DNA of 64,000 nt, from sequence record NZ_CP137560.1, one strand, 5' to 3'. This DNA is from a plasmid. The notes beneath the pieces are model-generated. The model ran no database searches and was not told where the DNA came from. It worked only from the letters and a program-made list of their open reading frames with translations. The position numbers were made by a program, and so were the translations under genes. Every line of letters starts with the position of its first letter. Positions within the stretch are counted from its first letter, which is position 1. Positions 9,382 through 18,798 of the stretch are shown here, in pieces.

Positions 9382-10269
9382 ATGAAGGAATGTAGATATT
9401 ATACGAAGATAGAGGAGGGCAAAGATGGAGGCAAGAGCCTGAAGGTAAGATGCGAGCTTTGCCCCCATCGTTGCGTCATCCCGGATGGAAAGCATGGGAT
9501 ATGTGGAAGCCGATGGAATTTCAAGGGCAAATTGTATTCCATTGTTTATGGCAAGCCATGTGCCTTGGCAGATGACCCTGTCGAGAAGAAGCCTCTCAAT
9601 GAGTTTCATCCCGGCACCCGATGCCTGTCCTTGTCATGTACGGGGTGTAACTTTCGGTGTCTTAACTGTCAGAACTATGACATTTCGCAAGCGCTGCCCT
9701 CTGATGTGAATTTTTATGAGCTATCACCCCATGAAATTGTTGACATCGCCATGCAGCATCATCTGCCAGGAATCGCATTTACCTATACAGAGCCTCTTAC
9801 CTATTATGAGTATATCCATGACATAGCGAAGGTATCACATGAGTATGGGCTATGGAATATTCTCGTCTCGGCAGGTTACATCAATCCAGAGCCCTTGCAG
9901 GAGCTCCTTCCTTATATAGATGCCGCTAACATAGACATCAAGGCTTTCTCCGATACGATGTATATGCATCAATGTGGTGGACATCTAAAACCAGTACTTG
10001 ATACCTTGCTAGCCATGCAGAAGTCTGATGTTCATCTGGAGATAACCAATCTCTTGATTCCAGGTGTCAATGATAGTGAGAAGATGATCAGGAAGATGTG
10101 CCGCTGGCTCGTCTCGAATGGCTTTGCCCAGAATCCACTACATTTCAGCAGGTTCTTCCCTCTTTATAAGATGCAGGATGCTTCTCCAACGCCAAAAGAA
10201 ACCATATATTTGGCAAAAAGGGTTGCATTGGAAGAAGGGATGAAATTTATTTACTTGGGAAATATATAG
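9382..10269 (+). CDS. AmmeMemoRadiSam system radical SAM enzyme
   Basis: CTGCNFRCLNC (CxxxCxxC) radical-SAM cluster motif, 295 aa. Located immediately downstream of the MEMO1/AMMECR1 gene. Confidence 0.8.
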   Translation: MKECRYYTKIEEGKDGGKSLKVRCELCPHRCVIPDGKHGICGSRWNFKGKLYSIVYGKPCALADDPVEKKPLNEFHPGTRCLSLSCTGCNFRCLNCQNYDISQALPSDVNFYELSPHEIVDIAMQHHLPGIAFTYTEPLTYYEYIHDIAKVSHEYGLWNILVSAGYINPEPLQELLPYIDAANIDIKAFSDTMYMHQCGGHLKPVLDTLLAMQKSDVHLEITNLLIPGVNDSEKMIRKMCRWLVSNGFAQNPLHFSRFFPLYKMQDASPTPKETIYLAKRVALEEGMKFIYLGNI

Positions 10270-10439
10270 CAAATATATGATACCTGCACCATTCCATTTG
10301 TACCGATTGGAGCTATCATTGGCAGCAGCCGTGACAAGCTCTTCGTTATCAGCAAGGTCTGGAATACATGTACACATAAGGATGATTATGATAAATTATC
10401 TTTACGCCCTTATTCCTTGAACAAATATAGAAGTTTGTT

Positions 10440-10814
10440 ATGGATAGCTTATGGCTACGTATGATGATGAATCCTGGAGGCACCCAATATCTGCCTCAGA
10501 ACATCAACGGCATGAATATTCTGCCATTGTTCTATGGTAAGCAGATTGATACAGACGACCGAGTTCTTTATTGGGAATTCCCAGGTAAGCAGCGTGCTGC
10601 GCGCCACGGTGACTGGAAGGCTGTTACCATCAAGCCTAACAAGCCTCTGGAACTCTACAATCTGCATGAAGACCCAGAAGAGAAGCATGATCTCGCCAAG
10701 AAATATCCGGAAATGGTAATCGGTTTTGACAAGGTGATGAAGGAAATGCGTACTCCATCAGAGAACTGGCCAATACCGGAAGATGCGGAAAGTGGGAAAA
10801 GTAATCGGCTTTGA
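10440..10814 (+). pseudogene. C-terminal fragment of an arylsulfatase (gene remnant)
   Basis: LYWEFPGKQRAARHGDWKAV...LELYNLHEDPEEKHDLAKKYPE matches the conserved sulfatase C-terminus. There is no N-terminal catalytic region upstream. Confidence 0.5.
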
Positions 10815-10941
10815 GTAAATATCAGTCACGCTATCTTTCAATTTAACATTCAACATTTCTCTTTCAGCATATTCCAAAGGAACAGCGCAACCATGCTCCT
10901 ACCACCACATTGGCGCACGCTCCACAGTACCAGCGAAGAAA

Positions 10942-11178
10942 TCAAACACAGCGCCTATAGTCCCCACATGACAATGGATGTTCGAGAGTACGTCCATTTT
11001 CCTGCTTTGGCGCTGTCATACCAATCCAGAGGAGATCAGGGTTAGCCGCATTGATAGCATCAATGATAGCCTTATTATAAGAATGAGCATTTACAGTATT
11101 AATGAGCAATTTGCCCTCTGGCAGCGAGGCGAGTTCCGCCTTACTACCCAAAATATCCAAAGATTTTAAACAAAACAT
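10942..11178 (-). pseudogene. N-terminal fragment of a WecB/TagA/CpsF-family glycosyltransferase (gene remnant)
   Basis: LINTVNAHSYN...PDLLWIGMTAPKQE resembles the TagA/WecB core. The ORF is only 78 aa and diverges afterwards. Confidence 0.4.
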
Positions 11179-11479
11179 TATAGTAATTTTTTAATTATCA
11201 AATATAAGCGAAGCTAAAGGAGTCTCAATCATAAGAATTTTACAGCGCCTTTCCAACCTCCGATAGGGAAACACCACAAAAACAGCAATCCTCTAGCAAG
11301 GCGGTCCCATCCCGCACAAAAAACTGACGAGACCTCTGATGGTCCGTCAACCCTAAAGCGAAGCGGTTAAGAGCGACAGGAGGGAGCGGTTACATCCTCT
11401 CCCTTCTGAGAAGGGCAGAGGCTTGGAGAGGGATGTGGAGCCCTCTTTGGAAAGAGCGGGCACTGAAAAAGTCCCTTTT

Positions 11480-12660
11480 GGGGTTATGGTAGTTTAACAT
11501 TCTGCTTTTAAAAGAGCCTCCCTAAAAGTTGCATATGTGCAATATTTTTTGTATCTTTGTAGGAAAATGCAAGGACTATGCTAGAGCAACAACAGACCAT
11601 ATCATTCAGTGATTATTCAAGTTTGTATGACTTGATTATCCCAAAAGACAACCTGCTCCGCCAGATTAATGACCTGATGGACTTTAGTTTCGTATACCAG
11701 GAATTGCAAGACAAGTATTGTCATGACAATGGTCGTACAGCAGAGAGTCCTATTCGTATGTTTAAGTATCTCCTTTTAAAGGTGATCTATAACATATCGG
11801 ATGAGGATGCCCGTACAGGACATAAAACAGCTCATTCTTCATTCTTTGGCTATAAGACGCATATGGCTATGAGCGATGAGAGAATTATCACCGCAGCTGC
11901 TGTCACTTCCAGCGAGAAGGGTGATGGACAGTAATTGCCAGAATTGATAAAAAAGACAGAGGAAGCAGGAATGGAAGTTGATTCCATAGTAGCAGATAAG
12001 GCATATTCCAGCAAGGAGGATCTCAAAATGGCAAAGGAAAACAATATGCGCCTCTCTGCTCGTTTAAGCTCTGCAATTGATGGTAAACGAACAAACAAAC
12101 TCCCTTTTGAATACAATAAGGATGCAGATCTGTACGTCTGCCCAGCAGGGCATCTGGCGAAATGGAAAGAGATGAATAATCGCAAAAATGACAAGCGTCA
12201 CAGAAACTCCAGCATTTTATTTTGATGTGGACAAATGCAAGGTCTGTCCATTACGTGAAGGTTGCTACAAGGAAGGAGCCAAGACAAAAACATATGCGGT
12301 TATCATCAAATCGGATGAACAGTTGGAGCAAATCGAATATCAAAAAACAGAAGAGTTTATAAATCTTTAGAGGAAACGATACAAGATAGAAGCCAAGAAC
12401 TCCGAACTTAAGAATGTCTTAGGATATGACAGAGCCCTGTCATACGGTTTGTCGTGCATGGAAATGCAGGGAGCTTTGATTATTTTCGCTGCAAATGTGA
12501 AGAGAATCATCAAGTTGATGCAAAATGCATAAGGGGGAAGCAGATTCCTCTATATATTGCCGAATTAAGCGCCAGAAAACGCTATAGAAAGCTATTTGGG
12601 GCTATATTCCTGTCCCAAAAAGTATTCCACTTTTTTTAAAAGATGAAATGCTTCTTGGTC
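11480..12660 (+). mobile_element. degenerate IS element (IS1182/IS5-type), internally deleted
   Basis: A transposase reading frame is broken over at least 4 frames/ORFs (11578-12530). A GC-rich structured sequence lies upstream at 11221-11480. Confidence 0.55.
11578..12530 (+). pseudogene. IS1182/IS5-family DDE transposase, multiple frameshifts
   Basis: N-terminal DLMDFSFVYQELQDKYCHDNGRTAESPIRMFKYLLLKVIYNISDE (transposase N-terminal domain); central ADKAYSSKE; C-terminal RKRYKIEAKNSELKNVLGYDR. These are split across frames. Confidence 0.6.
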
Positions 12661-12864
12661 AAGAATTAAAGTTCAAAAACAAGCTATGCAACTTAAAATT
12701 GGGTACCTTTTTCAGTGCCTTCACTGGGCTAGGAACTTTTGGGCCTTCAGCCCGTACTTGAACCACATGCGAAGCTTCGTGTTAATATAGGTTAACTTCA
12801 TTAACAAAAACACTTCTTTTCCGTTTATGTAGTAGTTTTGAACAAATAAAACAAGTGAGAGCAA

Positions 12865-13365
12865 ATGACAGAGAATGAATTCATCCATATCGTTCCGCAG
12901 TTGCGGCAGATAGCCTTGCAAATCAGTCAGGGTTATGGCGTTGGCTGTGATGAGGCTGAGGACATCGCACAGGATGCGATGCTCAAGCTCTGGGCTATCA
13001 AGGAAGACATTCTGTCTGCTGCTCATGCCAAAGGTTCGATGGGCTGCATTACCAAGCATCTTTGCATCGACTTCTTTCGCAAGCGAAAGATGATTTCGAT
13101 AGATGCCCAGCCTTTCGATAAGTCGCCTAGCTACTATGCGCCGCCCGATGTGGAAGTGGAAAACTCGGAGAACGAACAGTGGCTCCAAAAACGCCTCAAG
13201 GCGCTGCCCTCCAACCAGTATCAGGTGCTTTATCTGCGGCAAGTAGAGAAGAAAAGCTCTGAGGAAATAGCGCAAATCGTGGGTATCACCACAGAATCTG
13301 TATCCGTGTTGCTTTCGAGGGCAAGAAAGCAGATGTTGCAGGAAATCAAGAAAAGATGTCGATAG
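12865..13365 (+). CDS. ECF-subfamily RNA polymerase sigma-70 factor
   Basis: 166 aa with a sigma-70 region 2 (DIAQDAMLKLW) and region 4 HTH (SSEEIAQIVGITTESVSVLLSRARKQM). Confidence 0.8.
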   Translation: MTENEFIHIVPQLRQIALQISQGYGVGCDEAEDIAQDAMLKLWAIKEDILSAAHAKGSMGCITKHLCIDFFRKRKMISIDAQPFDKSPSYYAPPDVEVENSENEQWLQKRLKALPSNQYQVLYLRQVEKKSSEEIAQIVGITTESVSVLLSRARKQMLQEIKKRCR

Positions 13366-13413
13366 CCCTTATATATAAAAATAGGTATAATTAATAAAGG
13401 AGGAAAAATTGAT

Positions 13414-14226
13414 ATGAAAGAAAAAGATATACGTTTGTTGCTCAATTGGTTTATGGCTGGTGAGACTACTCTTGAAGAGGAGGCTCTGCTAAGGGAGTGG
13501 TTTCGCCAGCATCCCGATGTGAGCGATGACCTGAAGGAATACCAGATGATGTTTGGATATTTCGACGAGGGGATGCCCCTCGAACATGAGCCGGGGATGC
13601 CCCTCGAACATGAGGCTGAGAAGTGTGAAGAAAATGTCGCCCATCCAAAGACTTCAAGGACTTCAATGTCTAAAGCGAGAATGCGCCGCCTATGGTTGCC
13701 GATTAGCATGGCTGCATCCATCGCCCTGCTCATTGCATTTGCTGTTCCTCGCATAGGGAAACAGATAGGACAACAGGCAGGACATCAGGATGATTCGAAG
13801 ATGGCTCAACTCGAAGGCAGAACGACTCCGGAGGATACAGATTCAGCTGTTGTTCAAAAGGAAAAAACGCCAGATGCCGATCTCTCCATGCCTGAAAAGA
13901 TAAAAAAGTCGGGTGATTCCGTATCTCCCAAAACAAGGAAGCACAAGCAGAGGAAATATCGTCAGCATCTGTTTGCTCCTGCTCCTCCAAAGCTTTGGAT
14001 AGCTCAGAATATTGCTACCGATTCTTTGTTGGCAGAGCCGGAAAAGCTTGCCGATAAGCATCTCTGTGAGATGGAGGCACAGCAGAATGAAATGTTCTTC
14101 AAACTCTATCTCATCAATGCTCTTCAGACCCAGTTGCTTAATGCCGATATTGCCAGTGCCTCGTTCGAAAGCGAGGAGAATGTGCATGATGAGGACCATG
14201 TGAGTGATGACCAGGAGGTTTATTAA
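13414..14226 (+). CDS. putative anti-sigma factor (single-pass membrane protein)
   Basis: Immediately downstream of the ECF sigma gene. One TM helix (WLPISMAASIALLIAFAV). Contains an internal 24-nt tandem duplication (GMPLEHEP/GMPLEHEA). Confidence 0.5.
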   Translation: MKEKDIRLLLNWFMAGETTLEEEALLREWFRQHPDVSDDLKEYQMMFGYFDEGMPLEHEPGMPLEHEAEKCEENVAHPKTSRTSMSKARMRRLWLPISMAASIALLIAFAVPRIGKQIGQQAGHQDDSKMAQLEGRTTPEDTDSAVVQKEKTPDADLSMPEKIKKSGDSVSPKTRKHKQRKYRQHLFAPAPPKLWIAQNIATDSLLAEPEKLADKHLCEMEAQQNEMFFKLYLINALQTQLLNADIASASFESEENVHDEDHVSDDQEVY

Positions 14227-14253
14227 CAAGAAACAATTAAAAAGAAGAAGAAT

Positions 14254-15201
14254 ATGAAAACAACTTTTAAATTAGCATTTGTGGCTTGCCTGTTGGTGCT
14301 CTCTTCAGCTTGCCATGCCCAGAAGCCTATACCGAACATCGACCAGGCTTTTGATAAATTCGTACAGGATTTGTCGCAAGACGACCTCGTTACTTCTTCC
14401 ACGATGAATACCTATAATATAGGTATGATGAAGGGATTTGAGTTCGCCGTTCCCAGGAAGAAGCAGAAAATGGTGGATACTTTTCATAAGGCTTTGTTGA
14501 GCAATAGTCGTCTCGCTTATATCAGTTTTACCAAGAAAGCGGGTTCTGCCAGCATTGAGACGAATCGGGTGGGATATGGCAATAACAATTCCACGACCTA
14601 CGAGTTTGGTGCTCACAAGGACCGCAACTATAACCTGCAGTATTTCCGTGACTGCAAGGATTCTACCATGCGATATGTTTATGCCTTGGTATGGTATCCA
14701 GGAAAGAATGATGTGGTATTGGGCAGTGTGTATAAGTTCCACTCCAAGGATCCGCAAACCTATAAGAAGCCATCCGCCAATGTGAAGTCATTTTCTTATA
14801 CGCAGCCATTCTCTTATACGAAACCGTCTGTTCAAAGTCTGGATTCTCTTGTCTTGCTGGCCAAGAACTTCAAGTTTGACAAGAGTTTGGCTGGCAGTTA
14901 TTATTTCGATGAGACTCCTCCCAAGGATGCGGCAGAGTTTATGATGCAACTCAATACGCTTCGCGCTGCCTTTAAGAATGCCAAGGATTTATACCCTTAT
15001 CTCGGAAATCAGGTGTTTCGGCGTACCCTCCAGACGGGCATTGCCAACAAAATAGTCAAGCTTTGTAAGGGATACGGCAAGTTGCTGAATGCTGACGAGA
15101 AGAAGTTCTGTGCCACTTCGCTGAATAAGATGAAGAAGGATACAGACGATGAATATCTGCAAAGTCTTCTGGAACTGACTGCCAATTCTTTGAGAAAGTA
15201 G
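14254..15201 (+). CDS. secreted hypothetical protein (signal peptide), third gene of the sigma/anti-sigma module
   Basis: MKTTFKLAFVACLLVLSSACHAQ signal peptide, 315 aa, no catalytic motif recognised. Confidence 0.5.
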   Translation: MKTTFKLAFVACLLVLSSACHAQKPIPNIDQAFDKFVQDLSQDDLVTSSTMNTYNIGMMKGFEFAVPRKKQKMVDTFHKALLSNSRLAYISFTKKAGSASIETNRVGYGNNNSTTYEFGAHKDRNYNLQYFRDCKDSTMRYVYALVWYPGKNDVVLGSVYKFHSKDPQTYKKPSANVKSFSYTQPFSYTKPSVQSLDSLVLLAKNFKFDKSLAGSYYFDETPPKDAAEFMMQLNTLRAAFKNAKDLYPYLGNQVFRRTLQTGIANKIVKLCKGYGKLLNADEKKFCATSLNKMKKDTDDEYLQSLLELTANSLRK

Positions 15202-15227
15202 TAAGTTCTTGATGTATAAGCTTTGGA

Positions 15228-15291
15228 AAATGTGGAATTCTCTCTCAAAATATCGCTTTTAAACGATATTTTGAGAGAGAATTCCACATTT
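15228..15291. terminator. 28-bp perfect inverted repeat (hairpin), bidirectional terminator or truncation junction
   Basis: AAATGTGGAATTCTCTCTCAAAATATCG - 8-nt loop - CGATATTTTGAGAGAGAATTCCACATTT. Confidence 0.55.
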
Positions 15292-15292
15292 C

Positions 15293-15481
15293 CTAGACTA
15301 TAGTCTTGCTATAATTTTGTATCTTTCCTCTATAAAACGAAAATGATTTCCCTCGCATAGGGTAACCTTCCAGTTGAAATGTTAAAACTCCGAAAACTTG
15401 CTCAAACAATTCACCATCACTGTGCAAAATACAAAGAAAAATACTATCTTTGTGCACGTCAAGACCACATACTGCTTTCAT
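15293..15481 (-). pseudogene. N-terminal fragment of an IS110-family (DEDD) transposase
   Basis: MKAVCGLDVHKDSIFLCILHSDGELFEQ matches the conserved IS110/IS1111 N-terminus (GIDVsK...). The ORF ends after 62 aa, exactly at the hairpin. Confidence 0.5.
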
Positions 15482-15766
15482 AAGCCTACATTTTTGAAGT
15501 TTAAAAAATCAGTTTACGAACACTGCTTCAAAGATAATTAATATTTTTGTGACTCAGAGCACGTTAGTAGGATTTTTTGCAGTTGTGGTCTTGATTTCTC
15601 AAAAAATAAGGCAAATCTCGCACAATTCGAGGGAAATCATTCAAGTTTTTTATTATACTGGCTTATAATTCAGAAATTTTATCTAAATTTGCAATGCTAA
15701 ATGATATTTTAAATGTGGGAGATTGAATCTCCACTTAGAATAGGAGTTTTTTGATATGAAAAAATA

Positions 15767-16225
15767 TTGAATCCTTATCTGAATAAGGAAGGTTACAACT
15801 GCGTTTGCTGCGCACCAAACAATCCGGTAGGATTGCACCTTGAGTTTTGGGAAGAGAATGAGGATGTTCTTACCATCTGGAATCCTGGTGAGAATTATCA
15901 GGGATGGGTAAATACCTTGCATGGCGGCATCATTAGTATGCTGATGGACGAAGTGGCAGGCTGGGTCATCAACCGCAAGCTGCAGACTACTGGTGTTACG
16001 ATGCAATTGAACGTGAAGTACAAGAAGCCTGTGATGACCACCGATTCGCAGATTACGGTGCGTGGTCACATCGCCAGGCAGCGCCGCAACATCGTCACCA
16101 TCCACTTGACCCTGGAGAACTCCAAAGGCGAGGTTTGTGATGAGGGCGAAGCCGTCTATTTCACTTTCGGATCAGACAAAGCCAGAGAAATGGGCTTCGA
16201 AGGTTGCAAGATTGAGGGGGAGTAA
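15767..16225 (+). CDS. PaaI/hotdog-fold acyl-CoA thioesterase
   Basis: LHGGIISMLMDEVAG hotdog thioesterase motif, 152 aa. Confidence 0.7.
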   Translation: MNPYLNKEGYNCVCCAPNNPVGLHLEFWEENEDVLTIWNPGENYQGWVNTLHGGIISMLMDEVAGWVINRKLQTTGVTMQLNVKYKKPVMTTDSQITVRGHIARQRRNIVTIHLTLENSKGEVCDEGEAVYFTFGSDKAREMGFEGCKIEGE

Positions 16226-16353
16226 TAGCCTTCTATTTGCTGATACCACTACACCCTTGCTTAGAGCGTTCTGTGGAATTGAAATATCAACCATCAAAAT
16301 CAGTTTTTACAGCATGCTACTCAAATAAAAATAGAATAAATAATTTATAAAAT

Positions 16354-17394
16354 ATGATTTCATTTGAAAGTGACTATAACAACGGAACCTTGCCGGAGAT
16401 TTTGGAAGCGCTAGGCAAGACCAATGACGAGAAGACTTCCGGATATGGATTTGACCCCTATACAGAAGCCGCCAAAGAGAAGATTCGCAAGACCATCGGC
16501 ATGGAAGATGCGGATGTTACCTTCCTCGTGGGTGGAACCCAGACCAACACGACAGTCATCGATTCCGTCCTCTTGGGATGCGAGGGAGTTATTTGTGTGG
16601 AGACAGGACATATCGAGGTACATGAGTCTGGAGCCGTGGAAGCCTTTGGCCACAAGGTCATTACCTTGCCCTCCACAGATAGCAAGCTAAATCCTAATAC
16701 ATTGGCTTCCTATATGGATATCTTCCTGGCCGATGAGACCCACTCGCACATGGTTCAACCAGGTATGGTATATGTCTCCATGCCTACCGAACTGGGCATG
16801 GTATATACCAGAGAAGAACTTGAGGCACTCTATACCACTTGCCAGAAATATGATCTTCGTCTTTTTGTTGACGGAGCACGCCTGGGTTATGGACTGATGT
16901 CTGAGGCATGTAATTATGACCTGCCTTTCATAGCCCGACATTGCGATGTATTCTACATCGGTGGCACCAAGGTGGGAGCCATGTTTGGCGAAGCTGTGGT
17001 ATTCTCCGGCATGAAGACTCCCAAATACTTCTTTACCAATGTGAAGCGACATGGGGCATTACTTGCCAAGGGAAGAATGCTCGGCATCCAGTTTGATACC
17101 TTGTTTACTGACAATCTTTACTTCAAGGTGTCTCGCCATGCCATTGCCATGTCTGAACGTATCCGAAGCATCTTCTGCAAGCATGGCATCAACATCGCCT
17201 ACGACTCGCCAACCAACCAGCAGTTTGTCATCCTCTCCCCTACTCTTTATGAGAAACTCTCGCAAAAGGTGGCGTTTGAAATTTGGGAGAGAAAGAGCGA
17301 GACTGAAATCATCTGCCGTTTCGTGACCAGTTGGGCGACCCGGGAGGAAGAATTGGAAGAGTTGGACGAGATCTTACAGAATATCCTATCATAA
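16354..17394 (+). CDS. ltaE: low-specificity L-threonine aldolase (PLP-dependent, beta-eliminating lyase family)
   Basis: 346 aa. N-terminal SFESDYNNGTLPEILEAL, and GGTKVGAMFGEAVVF with a lysine in the PLP-binding region. Confidence 0.7.
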   Translation: MISFESDYNNGTLPEILEALGKTNDEKTSGYGFDPYTEAAKEKIRKTIGMEDADVTFLVGGTQTNTTVIDSVLLGCEGVICVETGHIEVHESGAVEAFGHKVITLPSTDSKLNPNTLASYMDIFLADETHSHMVQPGMVYVSMPTELGMVYTREELEALYTTCQKYDLRLFVDGARLGYGLMSEACNYDLPFIARHCDVFYIGGTKVGAMFGEAVVFSGMKTPKYFFTNVKRHGALLAKGRMLGIQFDTLFTDNLYFKVSRHAIAMSERIRSIFCKHGINIAYDSPTNQQFVILSPTLYEKLSQKVAFEIWERKSETEIICRFVTSWATREEELEELDEILQNILS

Positions 17395-17414
17395 AGAATA
17401 TAACCGACATCAAT

Positions 17415-18176
17415 ATGCAAATACTCTTAGCATCAGCCAAAATCATGAATGCTGCCACATCTGTGGACATTCCGATGAAAAGCAAGCCTAAGTTTCAGGA
17501 ACAAGCCGGACTGTTTGCCTTGGAACTTTCCACATGGGACACAAATCGTCTCATGAAGGAATTGAAATGCAGCCAAGCCATCGCCCTGGAGAATCAGCAA
17601 CGATATCAGAGTTTCTGGAACGAGGAAGAACTGTTGCCTTCCATCCTTGCCTACTATGGCCAGGCATATAAATATCTCCAGGCAGACAACTTTAGCCAAG
17701 ATGATTTTGCTTTTGCACAAGATCATCTCTTCATCACCTCTTTCCTATATGGTCTGTTGCGTCCTTTGGATATGATTCATCCTTATCGCATGGAAGGAAA
17801 GGTAAGGCTGGATGCTACTAAGGGAATGAATCTCTTTGCCTTTTGGAAAACTTATCTTACGAATATGTTGATTGAGGCTGTGAAAGCAAACGATGGCATC
17901 CTCATTCATCTAGCCACCGAGGAGTTTGAGCATCTCTTCGACTGGAAGCGAGTTTGCCAAGAGGTAAAGGTGATTCAACCTTTATTTTATGTGGACAAAG
18001 GTGACACCATCAAGATGTTATCCGTCCATGCCAAAAGTTGCCGTGGAGCCATGACTAAGTTCATCATTCAAAATCGGATAGACCAGCCTTCAGATATATT
18101 CAATTTCGAGTTGAATGGATTCAGATATGCTCCCAACTATGGAGATGAACTCCATCCTCACTTTATTAAGAAATAA
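17415..18176 (+). CDS. yaaA: peroxide stress protein YaaA (UPF0246/DUF328)
   Basis: Begins MQILLASAKIMN, like the YaaA MLILISPAK motif. Start chosen at the internal ATG at 17415, because the 17331 start would overlap ltaE. Confidence 0.75.
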   Translation: MQILLASAKIMNAATSVDIPMKSKPKFQEQAGLFALELSTWDTNRLMKELKCSQAIALENQQRYQSFWNEEELLPSILAYYGQAYKYLQADNFSQDDFAFAQDHLFITSFLYGLLRPLDMIHPYRMEGKVRLDATKGMNLFAFWKTYLTNMLIEAVKANDGILIHLATEEFEHLFDWKRVCQEVKVIQPLFYVDKGDTIKMLSVHAKSCRGAMTKFIIQNRIDQPSDIFNFELNGFRYAPNYGDELHPHFIKK

Positions 18177-18218
18177 ATTTTAATTTACAAACGATAAAAG
18201 ACTTACGATTATCGAAAA

Positions 18219-18599
18219 TTAATCGTAGAGATAGAATATGCGTTCCATCATGTGCCACTTTTCATCGCTGGTAGCACCTTTGCCGCATTTTTGAAATTTG
18301 CCTACCACTTCTTCCCATTCTGCTTGTCTTGGGAGTGTGGCAAGTTCTGCCATTGATTTGTCCCAATCGAAATCTTCCGGCGCATCAACTATCATCACCA
18401 GTCTGTTGCCGAAGATGTAAATCTCCATCTCCAGAATGCCTACCTGTCGGATTCCATCTCGAATTTCCTTCCATTGCACACCCTCGGAATGCAATTTGCG
18501 ATATTCACGGATAGCCTCTTCATCCGATTCTAACTCCAACCACTGTACGTAGCGCTTGGTGGCTACGGGATATTTCTTCTGTTTATAACCTTCCATCAA
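18219..18599 (-). CDS. rhaM: L-rhamnose mutarotase family protein (RhaM/YiiL, DUF718)
   Basis: Colinear pattern Y..H...W.E...G....IY...L....E...W........F..L shared with E. coli YiiL, and a C-terminal FYL motif. Confidence 0.55.
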   Translation of the reverse strand: MMEGYKQKKYPVATKRYVQWLELESDEEAIREYRKLHSEGVQWKEIRDGIRQVGILEMEIYIFGNRLVMIVDAPEDFDWDKSMAELATLPRQAEWEEVVGKFQKCGKGATSDEKWHMMERIFYLYD

Positions 18600-18798
18600 T
18601 TTCTATATTTAATTCATGTTTTACGTTCGTATTCTGTTTATTTTTGCAAAAATATAAAAAAAGTATGAGGAAAACAAGTCAAACTATTGATATTTTGTTT
18701 ATTTTTGCAATATCGTTTTGCAAATGCGGCATGATCACTAAGGAAATACGGCACATTAAAGCATATTTTAAAATATATCACCATAAAAATTATATCAG

